A stretch of DNA of 64,000 nt from Podospora anserina (Eukaryota). The translations under genes and the position numbers were made by a program. The notes under the pieces were generated by a model. That model was not told where the DNA came from and searched no databases. It was given only the letters and a program-made list of their open reading frames with translations. Shown here in pieces: positions 25,388 through 41,938 of this stretch (its first letter is position 1; each line of letters begins with the position of its first letter). Location: the NCBI GenBank assembly GCA_017654855.1, contig CM030333.1, positions 1,116,001 to 1,180,000 on the forward strand, written 5' to 3'.

Positions 25388-26358
25388 TCACGACTGTGGT
25401 CAGCACTGTGAGAGAACTGGCAAGAATCAAGTGATATTTCCTCGTGCGCAGAAAAAGAGGCAGTCAGTCAGAACCCGGTGGTCGAGAAGCCCGTTATGGG
25501 AGCCGGTATTGTCTGGAGCATGACAACAGGTCGACATACAGTCTGTAGGGGCGAGTAAGAAGCAGCAACAAGTCGACCTTATCTTGTACATAGAATATAG
25601 CTGGACGCTGAGCTGGGTGGGATCGGAAATGAGAACAGTTGATAGAGCCAGCAGAAACCAGGTCTTGTTGAGATATCCTCATGGAATGTATACATGCAGT
25701 ACGGATGTTGGCACCTGATGAGAGCGACACGCAATGAATGGGCCATGACTGGAATATAGAGGATAAATCGCTAGTTAATATCCAGAGATTGTACGCTGCC
25801 GCTGAACAGAATCACACAGCTCAGGTCAAGACCGGCTATTGTAGTCCAGACAATTCCGCGCACCTGATGGATGGCTCCAGTGCATGCTGCTGCTAGGTAT
25901 GACAGGTATCAGTTATGGCCAGGCTCGATGCAAACAACTTCAATCACCATTTTCAACTCAACCACGATCATGAGCTCAAGTCTCACCAGCCACAATCACA
26001 CATGTATAAATAGATCGTCACATCGCAGTTCGGACGAATTCCAGAACCCGGCCCGCCAGCTCCCGCTGCAGCGCCTTCCCGCACCGCCCCACTCCAAATC
26101 CCCCCTAAAAGAGCTTATCTCCGGGTGACGAGCCAAGGCGGCGGGCTGCTGACGTAGCTGGCCACAGCGGTTCTTCATCTCAGGTGCCGACAGCCTTCAT
26201 GAGACACCTCGGATTTTGGAACCCGCATCCGGCCGCGTCACTTCTGTTTTAATACAAAACAACAACGATCTGTCATTTTGCTTTATTTGCTTGATATCGC
26301 TCTCTTGTCCTTTTTTTGTTGCAGATCGACCTTGAATTTCTGATAATAGCTCCAAGCC

Positions 26359-27780
26359 ATGGACGAGTACTCGGGCGGAACACCGGAAGCTGACCATCTC
26401 TGCGTCTTGGTCCACGGGGTATGTCATGTCAATGGCGCATTAGCCTCAAGTCAAATCAGCTGCTAATTTTTGTTGCGCAGCTATGGGGAAACCCAAACCA
26501 CATGAAAAACGTCGCCAAAGCCCTTCGCGATCAATTTCCCCCAAATAAGCTGCGTATCCTCGTCGCAAAGCGCAACAGCGGCTCCTTTACCTACGATGGG
26601 ATCGAACTCGGTGGCGAGCGCGTGTGTTTGGAGATCGAGGAGGAGCTGGCGTTGATCAAGAGCAAGGGTGGAAATATCAAGAAGATAAGCATCGCTGGCT
26701 ACTCGTTAGGTGGACTTGTCGCAAGATATGCCATCGGGCTGCTTCATGCGCGGGGTGTTCTGGATGACCTCGAGTGCAAAGTATGATGGCCAGCCACCTC
26801 GATTGATGCAACCGACCCAATGCTAACCTGATCCCTAGAATTTCACAGCTTTCGCGAGCCCTTTCCTGGGAGTACGAGCCCCTTTGCGAGGTTGGTCAGA
26901 CAGGATATGGAACAGCCTGGGCGCACGAGCACTCTGCATGTCTGGGAGGCAACTCTTTGGCATTGACGAATTCCGTGACACGGGCAAGCCTCTTGTTGCT
27001 GTTCTCGCAGATCCAAAGTCGATCTTCATGGCCGGTCTGGCCCGATTTCAACGACGCACGCTCTACACCAACATTGTAAATGACAGAAGCGCCGTTCATT
27101 ACACGACGGGGATCACGAAAACAGATCCATATGTGGACATGTCAAAAATCAAGACCAACCCTTTACCAGGCTACGACGGTGTCATTCTTGATCCAAAAAA
27201 CCCAGTATCCCCCGCCGCGCCCAGAGACCCAGAACCGCTGATGCAATCAGTCGAGAAGTGGGCAAAGCGAGTCCCAATCATCGCGACAATAGTTGTCTTC
27301 GTCCCCGTTGCGCTGCTAGCCTTCTTCACCAACGCCGCCATCCAAACAGTCCGCTCGTCTCAGCGTGTAAAACTCCACGAGAGTGGAATGGCTGGTATCA
27401 AAATAGAAGGCTACAGAGTCAACCTCTGGATCAAGGAAATGCGCGAAGCTGTCGAGGACACCTACGAGAACATCAATAACTCGCAAAATCAACAATACTT
27501 GGGACTGTCGGAGGATGACGATGACAACAGCTCGGAAGATAGGCACCTGCTTTCGCTGGAGAGGAAACAGTCGCACCCGTATTTCCCTACGTTGGCGCTG
27601 GCACCGTATCAGTTTTCTGCTATTCAGGCGTTGGATAAGCTTGGGTGGAGAAAATATCCGGTTTGGATACACAATGCGAGGCATAGTCATGCGGCGATCA
27701 TTGTGAGGATGGATAAGAAGGGGTTTGAGGAGGGGTGGGTTGTTTTGAGGCATTGGGCGAGGGATGAATTTTTGGCTTGA
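26359..27780 (+). CDS. DUF676 putative serine esterase/lipase (Rog1/Lpl1-like)
   Basis: HLCVLVHG|LWGNP (intron 26419-26480), GYSLGG nucleophile elbow, intron 26781-26838, ASPFLG, NDRSA and C-terminal HSHAAIIVR. Confidence 0.9.
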
Positions 27781-29651
27781 GGAGAGAATACCCAGGTGGA
27801 ATTTTGAATTGGTTTTTTTGTTTGGGATATTTAATGGTATAGATAGTGGGAGTTTGAGAGGTAGTATTGTTTTAGCGATGTTTGGAGAAAGGTTGGATAT
27901 ATATTACTTAGAGATTCTTTTGTTGGGTATGTTTTTTATTGTGTCATACCCATCAGTAGAAACACGCTTCTATTTTCTTGCATGCAAGTCTCTCAGCAAT
28001 GATCGGGGTGGGTGGGGGGTGGGGGGTGGAAGGCTGTTTGCGCAGAAGGTTGTTGGGTTTGTTTATATGAGAGTGTTGTAAGTTGGCACAGATACCACTA
28101 AACTAAGAATAAATAATGATTGAAGATGTAATACAGTTTTGCTTGTGATGATGTTTGTCGAGGCTCAGATGAGGGCCTGACAATACAGAAGTCGATGCGA
28201 TGAATCCTCGAGGAGTCGAGATGACGTTAATAATACAACAAGACGAACATCGGTCAGTCTCGGTTAGAGCACCTTTATAAGCATCTTTCTTATCTTGCAA
28301 TAAAACGAACCGCTTTAGTAACCCACCACTAAAGGAACGAATCACGGCGTTATCCCTGAGAAGCTGTCTCAAGGAAGAAATCTGGCCCTCCTCTAACACC
28401 CCAAGCATGCATCCTCAGTCTCCTAAGCACGCATCAGCCATGGTCCAGAGCCAGACATACGAAATAAGAGGCGGACCCATGTTCTTCCATTCGGTTATTG
28501 CCATAAGTTAATCTGAGAGACAGAACCGGACAAAGTAAGCTTCGGTGTGCCTAGGGGCGGGTGAGCGAGAGACAGAAAGAAGTTTTCATTGAAATCCTCA
28601 ACACCACTCCGCACTTCGCTAGGTAAGGTAACGCAGGGTGAATGTGTCTCTGGACAGGTTATCCTGTTTACCGACCGGTTTATCATATCGAGCACATGCA
28701 ACCGCAGGTGGTGGGAATGAAGCGCAAGTGGTGATGAAAGTTGGAGTTGCTCCACTTATCTTTAGAGTTTGATAAAGTCGACGTCAAGTTGGGATGAAGA
28801 CGATATCGGTCGGAGTTGGGGGATAAAGGTGAGAAAATATGGGGAAGGGGGATGATAAGTGAATATATGGGATGTTGCCCCCGAGGACGTCTCATGACTA
28901 CCCTAACCCCCTTGACGTTGGTGGTCGCTTCCAAATTACTGACAAGACAAGGGAAGTACTCGGTTTGAGTTTTTTAAGGGTTATCTTAGTTCGAGAATAT
29001 CAGTCTCTATAACTAGAAATAATAGATTTGGAGGAATGAGAGATTAAAGTAAATACTTGTAAAGATGAAAAGTGTTGAGAGGAGGGATTTTGATTTAGGG
29101 GGTTATATACATTGCGACATCTTCTAGACAGGATCAACACGAAGTCCTCCATACCAAAAAGTGTTCCCAATTTGGATAATTAACGCAACAGTGAAGGATT
29201 ACTGAAGAGGATTGGCCAACATTTTGTTTTCTCTCACCATTCAGTCTCCCCCAGAATCACTCGAGCAACTGGTCTTATCTTACATAAGTATCAATAAAAA
29301 AATCACTAGCTTATGCAGCTTGTGCGACGCTGCCCTGACCAGCGCACACCACCTGCCGCATAGCATTGCGCTGTTGTCGCATCGAAATCGTGAACTCAAC
29401 CCCACTCCCCCACCCAGTAAGATTCCCGCTGTTGCAGATCGCCACGTGGGCTTAACGCTAGACCTCTCTGGCACTAGCGCCAGCAAACACTCCGAACCCA
29501 ACAGCTTGGTGCAGATTTGCGCCACTTTTTCTCGGCCAATCAGAAAACAGCCAAGAAGCACAAGAGCTCCCTCAATTTAACAACCTCAACGCGTCTCCAA
29601 TTCACCGTTGTGGCTGCAGCTTGTTCACGGCTTCAACTTGGCAACCAAACC

Positions 29652-29683
<32 letters not shown>

Positions 29684-29700
29684 CAACAACAGTTGTAAAA

Positions 29701-31830
29701 ATGAGGACGTCGCGCGTGGCTAGGGAGACCACACGGCTCTTTGAGACTGCGGCCTCGACTTCAACACCGCTCCGGCGATCATCCAGAACCTCGACTTTGG
29801 CCGCGCGATTCTCTTACAATACCAACGCCAGCCCCAGCGCAGCTATGACAAAGGTCGAAGAAAGCGACGTCGAAGTCGACGATGACGTCAAACTATCCCT
29901 TGGTTCAGATATTGAAGATGCGATCACGACAACCAGGGCGGCCAAGCGCCGGCGCACCGCGACCACCGCAGTCACCACACAAACCATCAACTCTTCGCCT
30001 CACCGGCGAACCACCAGAGTAAAGGCAGAGCGCACGGCTGTCAAATCTGAAGCCGGCTCCGATTCCGACTTTCTCTCTTCCCTCTCCGACAACGAGGACA
30101 TCAAGACCGCCATCAAGGAAGAGTCCAAGGCCGTCGTGCCCCGCGGCCGCGCTCGAAAACCAGCCCGCCGAGTCACCTCCCCGTCCGGCACGACCACCAT
30201 AACCCCACCTTCCGATTGGGAGGAGGTTTACAATCTCGTCAAAGAGATGCGTATCAACGGCCCAGCCGCCAATGCCGCGGTTGATACAATGGGCTGTGAG
30301 CGCCTTGCCGACCCCTCCTCTACAGTCAAAGACCGCCGCTTTCACACACTTGTTGCGTTGATGCTTTCCTCCCAAACCAAGGATACCGTCAATGCTGAAG
30401 CGATGAAGCGTCTTCATACCGAACTCCCGCCGTTCGAGCCTGGTGCACCAGCTGGTTTGAACCTCAATAACATGCTCCACTGCCCCCCTGCCGTTCTGAA
30501 CGAGCTCATTGGCAAAGTCGGCTTTCACAATAACAAGACAAAGTACCTACTTCAAACGGCGCAGATTTTGAAGGACAAGTTCAACGGGGATATCCCGCCT
30601 ACGATTGAGGGGTTGGTGTCACTGCCAGGTGTAGGGCCCAAGATGGCGCACTTGTGCATGAGTGCCGAGAATGGATGGAACAGAGTGGAGGGCATTGGTG
30701 TTGATGTTCACGTTCACCGGATCACGAACTACTGGGGGTGGAATGGACCTAAAGAGACTAAGACACCAGAGGAGACGAGAATGGCGCTGCAGAGCTGGTT
30801 GCCCAAGGACAAGTGGAAGGAGATCAACTGGTTGTTGGTTGGACTAGGGCAGAGTGTCTGCTTGCCCGTTGGGAGAAGATGTGGAGACTGTGAGGTTGGA
30901 TTGAAGGGGCTGTGCAAGGCGGCGGATAGGAAGAAGGTGAACGAGGGAAAGAAGAGAAGGGAGGGGGTAAGGAAGGAGGAGGAGTTGGTTGAGAAGATTG
31001 AGATCAAGGGGGATGATGAGGGTGGAACGGCGGCTAAGAGAGAGCAGCAAAGGGTGGTCAAAATGGAGGTTGTGGATGAGGGGATGCCCCCGCCGCCGAG
31101 CGATACCCAACCCGAGCCGACGCCACAACCTGATCCCGAGTCGAACGTTGCCATCCCCTCCGTCGAGCAGGACGTTAAGCCCATCATCAAGGATGAAGAG
31201 GATGTTGAGATGGCGCGCAGCGTGCCTGTCAAAACTGACGGCGATGATCTCGATGAGGACATGGTCAAGAAAGAGGAGGAGGATGCCGTCAGAATCAATC
31301 AGTCGAGCCACCAACCCGAGGACGTCGAAATGAGCGATAGCCCCGAGGTCAAAGTGGGGATCAAGCCCGAGCCCCGAAGACGTCGTCGTATCCCCGCTGC
31401 GATCCCCTCCCGAGGCCAATCTGAAGACCCCCCATTGGAGGAATCCGATGCCGAAGTCAAGGTCGAGGTAAAGCCCGAACTCCTCACACGCCGAGTCCGC
31501 ATCCCGGCTCACATACCTTCTAGCCACGAGCCCGAGGTCAAGGTCGAAGTCAAGACTGACTTTGACAGAAGAGTCCGCATTCCGGCTCGTGTTCCCGCTG
31601 GGAATGAGTGTGACGATGAGGAGGCCGAGGTCAAAACCGAGATTAAGCCTGAACCGTTTCCCCGACGAGCTCGCATCCCTGCCCATATCCCAGAGCGGGA
31701 ATCATCGCCCGAGGTTAAAGTTGAGGTGAAGACGGAACCTACTCGAAGACGGGCTAGGATTCCGGCGCGTGTTTCTGGGAGAAGTGAGGAGGTGAAGGGC
31801 GAACCGGATGTTAAAGAGGAGGATTCTTAG
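29701..31830 (+). CDS. NTH1: Endonuclease III homologue (bifunctional DNA N-glycosylase/AP lyase), 709 aa to first stop, repetitive C-terminal tail
   Basis: AAVDTMGCE, LMLSSQTKD, VGFHNNK, HhH motif LPGVGPKMA, GVDVHVHR, and 4Fe-4S motif CLPVGRRCGDCEVGLKGLC. Confidence 0.93.
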   Translation: MRTSRVARETTRLFETAASTSTPLRRSSRTSTLAARFSYNTNASPSAAMTKVEESDVEVDDDVKLSLGSDIEDAITTTRAAKRRRTATTAVTTQTINSSPHRRTTRVKAERTAVKSEAGSDSDFLSSLSDNEDIKTAIKEESKAVVPRGRARKPARRVTSPSGTTTITPPSDWEEVYNLVKEMRINGPAANAAVDTMGCERLADPSSTVKDRRFHTLVALMLSSQTKDTVNAEAMKRLHTELPPFEPGAPAGLNLNNMLHCPPAVLNELIGKVGFHNNKTKYLLQTAQILKDKFNGDIPPTIEGLVSLPGVGPKMAHLCMSAENGWNRVEGIGVDVHVHRITNYWGWNGPKETKTPEETRMALQSWLPKDKWKEINWLLVGLGQSVCLPVGRRCGDCEVGLKGLCKAADRKKVNEGKKRREGVRKEEELVEKIEIKGDDEGGTAAKREQQRVVKMEVVDEGMPPPPSDTQPEPTPQPDPESNVAIPSVEQDVKPIIKDEEDVEMARSVPVKTDGDDLDEDMVKKEEEDAVRINQSSHQPEDVEMSDSPEVKVGIKPEPRRRRRIPAAIPSRGQSEDPPLEESDAEVKVEVKPELLTRRVRIPAHIPSSHEPEVKVEVKTDFDRRVRIPARVPAGNECDDEEAEVKTEIKPEPFPRRARIPAHIPERESSPEVKVEVKTEPTRRRARIPARVSGRSEEVKGEPDVKEEDS

Positions 31831-33562
<1,732 letters not shown>

Positions 33563-35800
33563 TTTGTTGTTTGCGAGTTTGTAATATACTGGGGGTAGTC
33601 GTGATTTTAAGCGGTTGGGTGTAAATCACGAAATACCAAACACAAACCCACTACCCTCGGCATTCAAGAATGGGATACTGTAAATCACTGTCACTGATAC
33701 TACCGTATCACACAGTTTCGCTTCTAGAAAATAGATTCCACATGCTAGTGATTATTCAAAACGGTAATGAACTATCGATCTTGCCGAGTAGTCCTGGATA
33801 TGGCTTACCCCCGGTATCCCCCACCCAAACTTCCTCCCCCTATCTCTCTTCACCGAATCTGACCCGGCAGATAAATAACTCTGAGTTGCTGTTACTGTCG
33901 TTGCCTTGTCCCGGACCCACCAACAAGCGGTGTTTATTGTCACCAATCTCGTGTGCAAACAGATACTCGCAAAAACTGTTTACCGTCTGCGAACGCCATG
34001 CTTCGGCTTGCTGTGCGTGGATCCCGGGCAGCCAGCGAGATCTGACCTCCTGCTAACCATAACAGATGCTCGAGCGTCTCCGCGAATTTGACCATCGATT
34101 GAAGTGGTGGCAACGTCTTATGCCAGCTAAGCAGCTTGGGATGTCCTTTTTTGATAGCTACCATGGTGGGATCATGGGTCTGAAATTTCATGCTGTTTGC
34201 GGTTGGTTGGGAAAGCTGGAAGGAAATGACAACGCTGGGTTTGATGGAAAAGGCATTCGAGACTGCTACCGTAAACGGGACCTGACCTCTGACAAAGCGG
34301 GCGGTCGGCCGGCTTTCGAACGGTCGTCATCGTGGGCGCAAGAGCGACATGGTGTCCGGTGCCACTCTGATCTTCCCTTGGGATCGGTGAGCAGATCAGT
34401 GAAGGGGGGGAATTCCGAGTATTCTGTTGCGAGCCTTGGCCGCCGCTCTCGCGCCTGCGCGCGCAGGCGAAGCTGTCGTCAACCCCTAATAAGAGTTTGA
34501 TTAGTCACTGGGAAGATGATGCACCAAAAAGTTGTTCTAATCGACAAGTTTGATATCATAAAGAGACAGCAAAGCTGGGAGGAATGTGATCATATTACTC
34601 GGTATTCTCAAAGTTTATAACAGTACCCCTGGTCCAGTTTACAGCAGGATATCCTTAAATTGATATAGTCTTCGAAGCCCGAGAAGCTTGTTATAAATCA
34701 TAGACCAAACACTTCTTCATCCGTAACCACAACAGAGGCCTGCACACATAGTCATCACCAAGCAACAACAACAACAAACTACCAAAATCTGGATCTTGTT
34801 TGTTGTCAAAATCCAAATATGACTTTCATCTAGGGTCCACGACATCCTCACCCCAGTGGATAACTCCCCCCCGACCCACCAGCCCAATCGCCATTGTGAC
34901 CTCCATGATACGATACCCCAGCTTTTAGTTCCGCATACCCTACATGCGTGGGCCGGTGGGTCACCCAACTACCTATCTAGGCTGACGCTTGCTTGCTTGC
35001 GTGGTCATTCCAGGAAAAAAAGAGAGTCATGTTTCCGCAGATACGATATCGGAGCTATTCGGAAAGACGACATCGTGCTCTGTCGTCAACTTGTCGTCAT
35101 TAGCAACCCTCCAATTTCGTCACCCATGGCGAAAAAGCCACCAACACTATTGAGCATCTAGTTTGTTTTGTTTGCGAGTTTTTATTTTATTTGTTTGTTT
35201 GGTCAACTCGTCTTCCAAACGAGCCAACGTAAAAAAGGTGTACTTGTAAATGTCCATCCATCCATAGCCATGATTCTCAGCTGCACGCCACCTCTCGGCG
35301 CGGCTGCCAAACAAACCCATTTATCCCCCTCCTGTCTTGCGCCGTGACGCCTTGCCAAATTCCGGAAAAGTCAGAAAAAAAATTATGCTCGAGGAGTGGT
35401 TTCGTTTTTGCCGAAGAGCCGCCCTCTTGCCCCCATCTGAAATGGGGGCGATGTGAATCAGAGGTTGTAAGATATATACTGTGTGTGGCGTTGGGACGAT
35501 ATGCTTGGTGCAAGCCACGTCGAGTCTTGGGTATTCGCAAAGATGAACCTAGGTATCATCATCGCAAAAAAAAAAAAAAACAGACCAAGCTGATTTGGAT
35601 CACTTTTTCCCTACTACCGGAAAAAAGGACCGGACGGCTTCGCTATGTGTGATGGACGATGGGCGCATGCTTGCTCGATAGATAACAAGGTCGCAAAGGA
35701 GGCGAAGAGAAGCGAGCCGAGTCACGACTGCACCATCGGCGGCATTGGACGAACAGGGATGGCCGATCGTCGGTGTCGTCGGGAAGAACAGCGAGAACGT

Positions 35801-36120
35801 TTATACACCCCTGATGACTTGGGTTCTTTCTTTGTTGAGCTGCATCGCGTTTTGCTCGAAGGCTTCCTTTTTGCACTGATTGGGGGAGAAGAAGAAGAGG
35901 TGTTAGCGAACATGTCTTCTTGTTCCGAGAGCACATCCGATAACCCCACGAGCCACCACTGAGATAGGTCGAAACTTACGTCCTCCAGGCCCTGGCACTT
36001 GTGGTCTTCTAGCAGACGGTGGTTGCTGCAATAGTGTCCGCCGCAGAAAGCGCAGTCGCCGGAAATGCGTTGGGCGACAGCCTTGCAGTCGGTGAGCGAG
36101 CATCTGACCTTCTTGGGCAT
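35801..36120 (-). CDS. Small AN1-type zinc finger protein, 71 aa
   Basis: MPKKVRCSLTDC..DCAFCGGHYCSNHRLLEDHKCQGLED|CKKEAFEQNAMQLNKERTQVIRGV*, with intron 35876-35979 (GTAAGT..CTAAC..CAG). Confidence 0.9.
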
Positions 36121-38950
36121 GTTGGGCGGTGTTGATTATTGGTCGAGTGTGAATGATGCCAGTGTCGAATAATGAAAAAAGAAGAATCGAGGAGAGGAAA
36201 GCGGCTCGGAGGCGGAAAGAGGGAAGGGGGTGGCTGGTTTATAACAAGAGAGAGAGATGGCCTGTCAGACTTGTTGAACAACACACAGATCTCACGTGGT
36301 GAAAGTTCGCGAACCAGGGCAGGGGAATGGTGGCTAAACTAGCAGACAAGCGCAATTGGAAATAGTTGGAAACCGTTCGACTTGACCAGGCCGAGAACCA
36401 AGGACCAAGGACGGACCGTGGTGAATGGTGAGGCAGGCGGGCGGGCAGTGGGCAGCGGGCAGCGGGCAGCGAGTGAGCAGCGAGGTACAAGTGACTTGGC
36501 CGTCGATGACGGCAGGGGAGGCGAGGCCGGTCCCACCCAATGGATTATGGAAGGCAGGGCGGTGCTTGCGTGGTCGGGTCCGCCGTTTGTAATCCAAGAG
36601 ATCCACCCACCTGTTCTCCGGAGTTTGATCGCAAGGAGCACAGTCGGAGTCGGTGATGGCAAAGCAACAAGTAAGTAGTCACTTGGTTCATGTCCATCAC
36701 CACCTGTCGCAGACGGGATTTTCCTAGCGAGTGTTGCCTCTAGAGCGCCTAGGTGTTTGTCTAAGCGTGCTGAGCTGTTGATAAGCCCGAGAGAAGACGG
36801 TAGCCTCGACTCAAGACTTGTCCCGGCCCGGCGTGAGGTATCGGGTACCTGTGGGACCCTCAAGGTTCCTTGTGATGCAGTGGAACGTACCCGAGCTAGG
36901 CCCAAGCCAGCGCATCTCACAAAGACAGCCTCTTCCCCAAGACGTCTCTCTCTCGTCTCTCGATAAAGAAGGTCCGTCCACGCGCCAAATGGCCATGTCC
37001 ATCGGCCACCGGGAATTGCCAGATCTTCCCTCCCTCGGCTGACAGGTTGGGACCATCATCTTCGTCTCCTTATCTTTCCGAGTGAGCACGGCGTTGCATC
37101 CCGCGGAACCAAGCAGCAACAACAACAAACAAGTATCTAAATGTCCAATATCTGAGGCCTCATGTCATGGCATATCGCCTCCCTGCTTGCATCTTGCATC
37201 CTGCCCCCAGCACCCGGCTATCGCCATGATCCCGGGTTGGGCAGCGGAATGAATCTCCAATGTCTCACGGCGCGCCGGGCTAGACCACGCAGCACTGCAG
37301 TAGCAGCTGCAGCCATCAACCACACACCCAAGGTCACACATGTCCTCTTGTTGTTGATGTTGTACATCTTTTGGGTTGGTAGAAGGCCCCTGCGGAAACC
37401 GGCCTGGTCACACATCCCGCCCGGAGTCCTGCTCTCGCGGGAACAAAACCTCACCGCCAACCACTCACCCACTCAACCCCATATTAGACCCGACCACAGC
37501 GTCAACCCCATTTCGAGCTTTTGCCTGCCGTTCTTTTGCCTCCTTTGGATCAGCGAATTTTCGATGCTCCCATGGTGACTCCAACACCAATAATCTAGTT
37601 CCAGGGCCCATCACACAACCCCAGCGAATGACCTCGCACCACGACAGAGCCTAGATTATGGGCTTCGGTTGCAACACCCCAAAACATAACATATGATCAG
37701 ATATGCCTGTCAGCTCTTTTGATGTCCCCAAGCTCTCAACCTATCTTTTTTTCCTTGCAAAAGATCACCAGTCTCACACAGTCGTCCGTCTCACGCACAC
37801 TATATCCCATTCTGGATTGTGGCCCCTCCCCTCTCCAAGGATCTCACAGGTCGGGTTGAACTCCGGCGTGCAGGATGCAAGGCCAATCATTTTAGTTTTT
37901 TGTTGTAACCAGCATTAACCCAACGGCCTTTTTTGGAGTCGTCCCTTCGGATAATCTACACCCGATCGCAACGACTCGACAGCGGGTAGACGAATCTGTG
38001 AACAACTCACATGCAGGTCTCACCTTTTTTTTTCTTTTTTCTGCCTCGTCCACCACGACGACGACGGTTGAGAACACAACAGCATCCCGGGTGTTTCTGT
38101 CTTCATGTAGGGGATATTTCACTGCTCATATTTCATCAAACCTCATGGGTTGGGTCTAGACCGTTGTATACCTACCATCCATATCAGATATCATCTTCTC
38201 AAAAGCTTACACAAAGGGCCTAGATTGATTTGCCCCATAACCAAGATTTCTTGATCGTCTTACAGAACTTAGATACGAAGCTACCTACCTAGCTGCAAGC
38301 CATCAATACGCCAAAATCTCTTCGGGCTTTCCCTCTCACCCAACTTTATGAGGGGCGGCCCCTCCTTCCGGAACGTTACACTACCTAGCCGGACCGGTAA
38401 CTGTCAAACCGAGTCAGTCAGTCAGCCATGAGGCGAGCGGAAGCTCCTCCGTGATTAAACAAATAAGGGGTCCGTATTTTGTTGAGCAGCACACACCCAC
38501 CCCCGGCGAAAAAAAAAAAAAGGTACCAAATCCGACAAACCCCAAGTCGTGTTGTTGCATACTTACTTCGTATCACGCACCACACCAAGACACAACGTTG
38601 GTGGCGGTGGTGTTGTTCCGTTGGCTCTCAAGACGAACTATTTGCTAAAGTCGAGAGTTCGTAATGATGTGCGTTGTTGATTACAAGTCTTTAGGGGTTA
38701 TGCTCAACCAGAATACATACACAGCAACAACTTCATGTTAAACCAAAACTTTCTCTCCAAGCATCAAGTTTCCACTTACACCTCAGCGCCACTAAACAAT
38801 AGTTCACTCACGGCACCACGTTCCCACTTACAACAACTTAATAACCTCTCTCACTCACAAACACAAAAATCCCAAGTTGTTTAATCATCTTTTTTTTCTT
38901 TCTTATTCTGCCCACAAAGTACGAGTACAAGCCAACGCGAACCATCTCTC

Positions 38951-40461
<1,511 letters not shown>

Positions 40462-41938
40462 GTTGACTTGTGTGTGTCTCTTGATATCCTCGACTTTTTG
40501 TCTCCGGTTATGAAGATGAAGTGAGAGAGAGAGAAGGTCCAGACAAGAAAAGTTAAAATTAGGAGCTATAAGCCTCCTTTTGTTTGCCTGATTTCCGAAT
40601 GGTTAATTGACGTCGGCCGTGTTCCCCCTTTGACCCCGCTTGTCGACGAAGGTGGGGTTATTTATCGCGCTGCGCTGTTATGGAGGGGAGGGGCGGGATT
40701 TGGATTACGGCAAGGAAACGAAGGGGATTTATCTCTTATTCTTATTCTTTTTTCGATATCAATGATCAATCATGACTGGATAGATCTTGTAGGTGTGTGA
40801 TTCTTTTTTATCCTTGAGGAGCTTGGCTTATAGCAGGCTCGGTGATTTCACGGCATCTTTTGTATCTTTCACCTTTTATTTGGATTATCACTGCTACAGG
40901 AAAAGGTGACGGCTCGGCAGTTCTTTTCGTTTCTGTGCCATTGACTAATAGCAGTCAGTGGTGATGTCGTGATAAAGGCCTTCCGATATCAATCGGTGGA
41001 GTAGGTGGGTTTTGGTTTTTGACAGCAGAATATCTGTCAAATTGTATGGTGAGAAATTCCCAATTGGGAAAGATTATGGCATTCAACACAGAGTGGCCCT
41101 GTCTGAGTTGAATCTGCGTTGTTACTTGATGACATCTCTTTGGTGGTGTGGTGTTGCTAGCACCGGACCGGACCGCACTTCAATTCGCCGATTCGGAGGG
41201 GGCTTCATTTTCCCGCCAGGGGCAGCAACAGTTTACCGCGCTCGCACAACGCAAGTTCAAGGTGACGAAAGCACGGATGTAAAAAGTTCTTAACGCCGGG
41301 TTTTATCTTCGGCGTGTGACTCTTTTGCTCGCTGTCGAAGAAGATAGGTCTTCTGGGCGAGAATTCAACGGGCATATGGGCTGTTGTGAATCTTCAGAAA
41401 CGAAGACGGATGGAATTTTCCGGGGCAAAGGGAACCCCCTGAGTTGATCGTGTGGACAACACGTACATATGCAAGGTGGGAAGATCACCGTTGCAGGGTT
41501 GGGTGACGCATGAAAATAGGCTGGATTGTGGTGAGGTTATGCTACCTTCTTTGGTTCTATGCTTGGTCGATGATGAATTGCAGCTTTGGCTTTGAGGCAT
41601 AGGGTTGCGTTCGACCATCACAAGATCAAATGAGCCACACTTCTAAAGATACCTTCCCTTCCGGGCCATTTTGAAATCTTGAACTCAAACTTCATGGCTA
41701 AGGTACTTTTGAAGAGAAGTCCAGACTTCATGAACCTCTCCCACGTGTAATAAAGTGGACCCAGCTCACCTGTCACCATTCTCGCAGCTTACCACCAGCA
41801 GCTGCTTATCTCATCACCCCTCAACCTCACTTCACCACCTCACTTTTGGTCTCACTCAAACACAACCGAACAATTCAGACCCTCATTCTCAACATCCATT
41901 CAGCCCTACAACAGTAACAAACCCCCCAACACAGCAAA

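Noticed and set aside
28873-29119. AT-rich segment bounded by TGTTGC...GCGACA, resembling a solo LTR
   Set aside because: The flanks (TGGGA versus TCTTC) give no target-site duplication and there is no second copy in the window. It cannot be supported without a repeat search.
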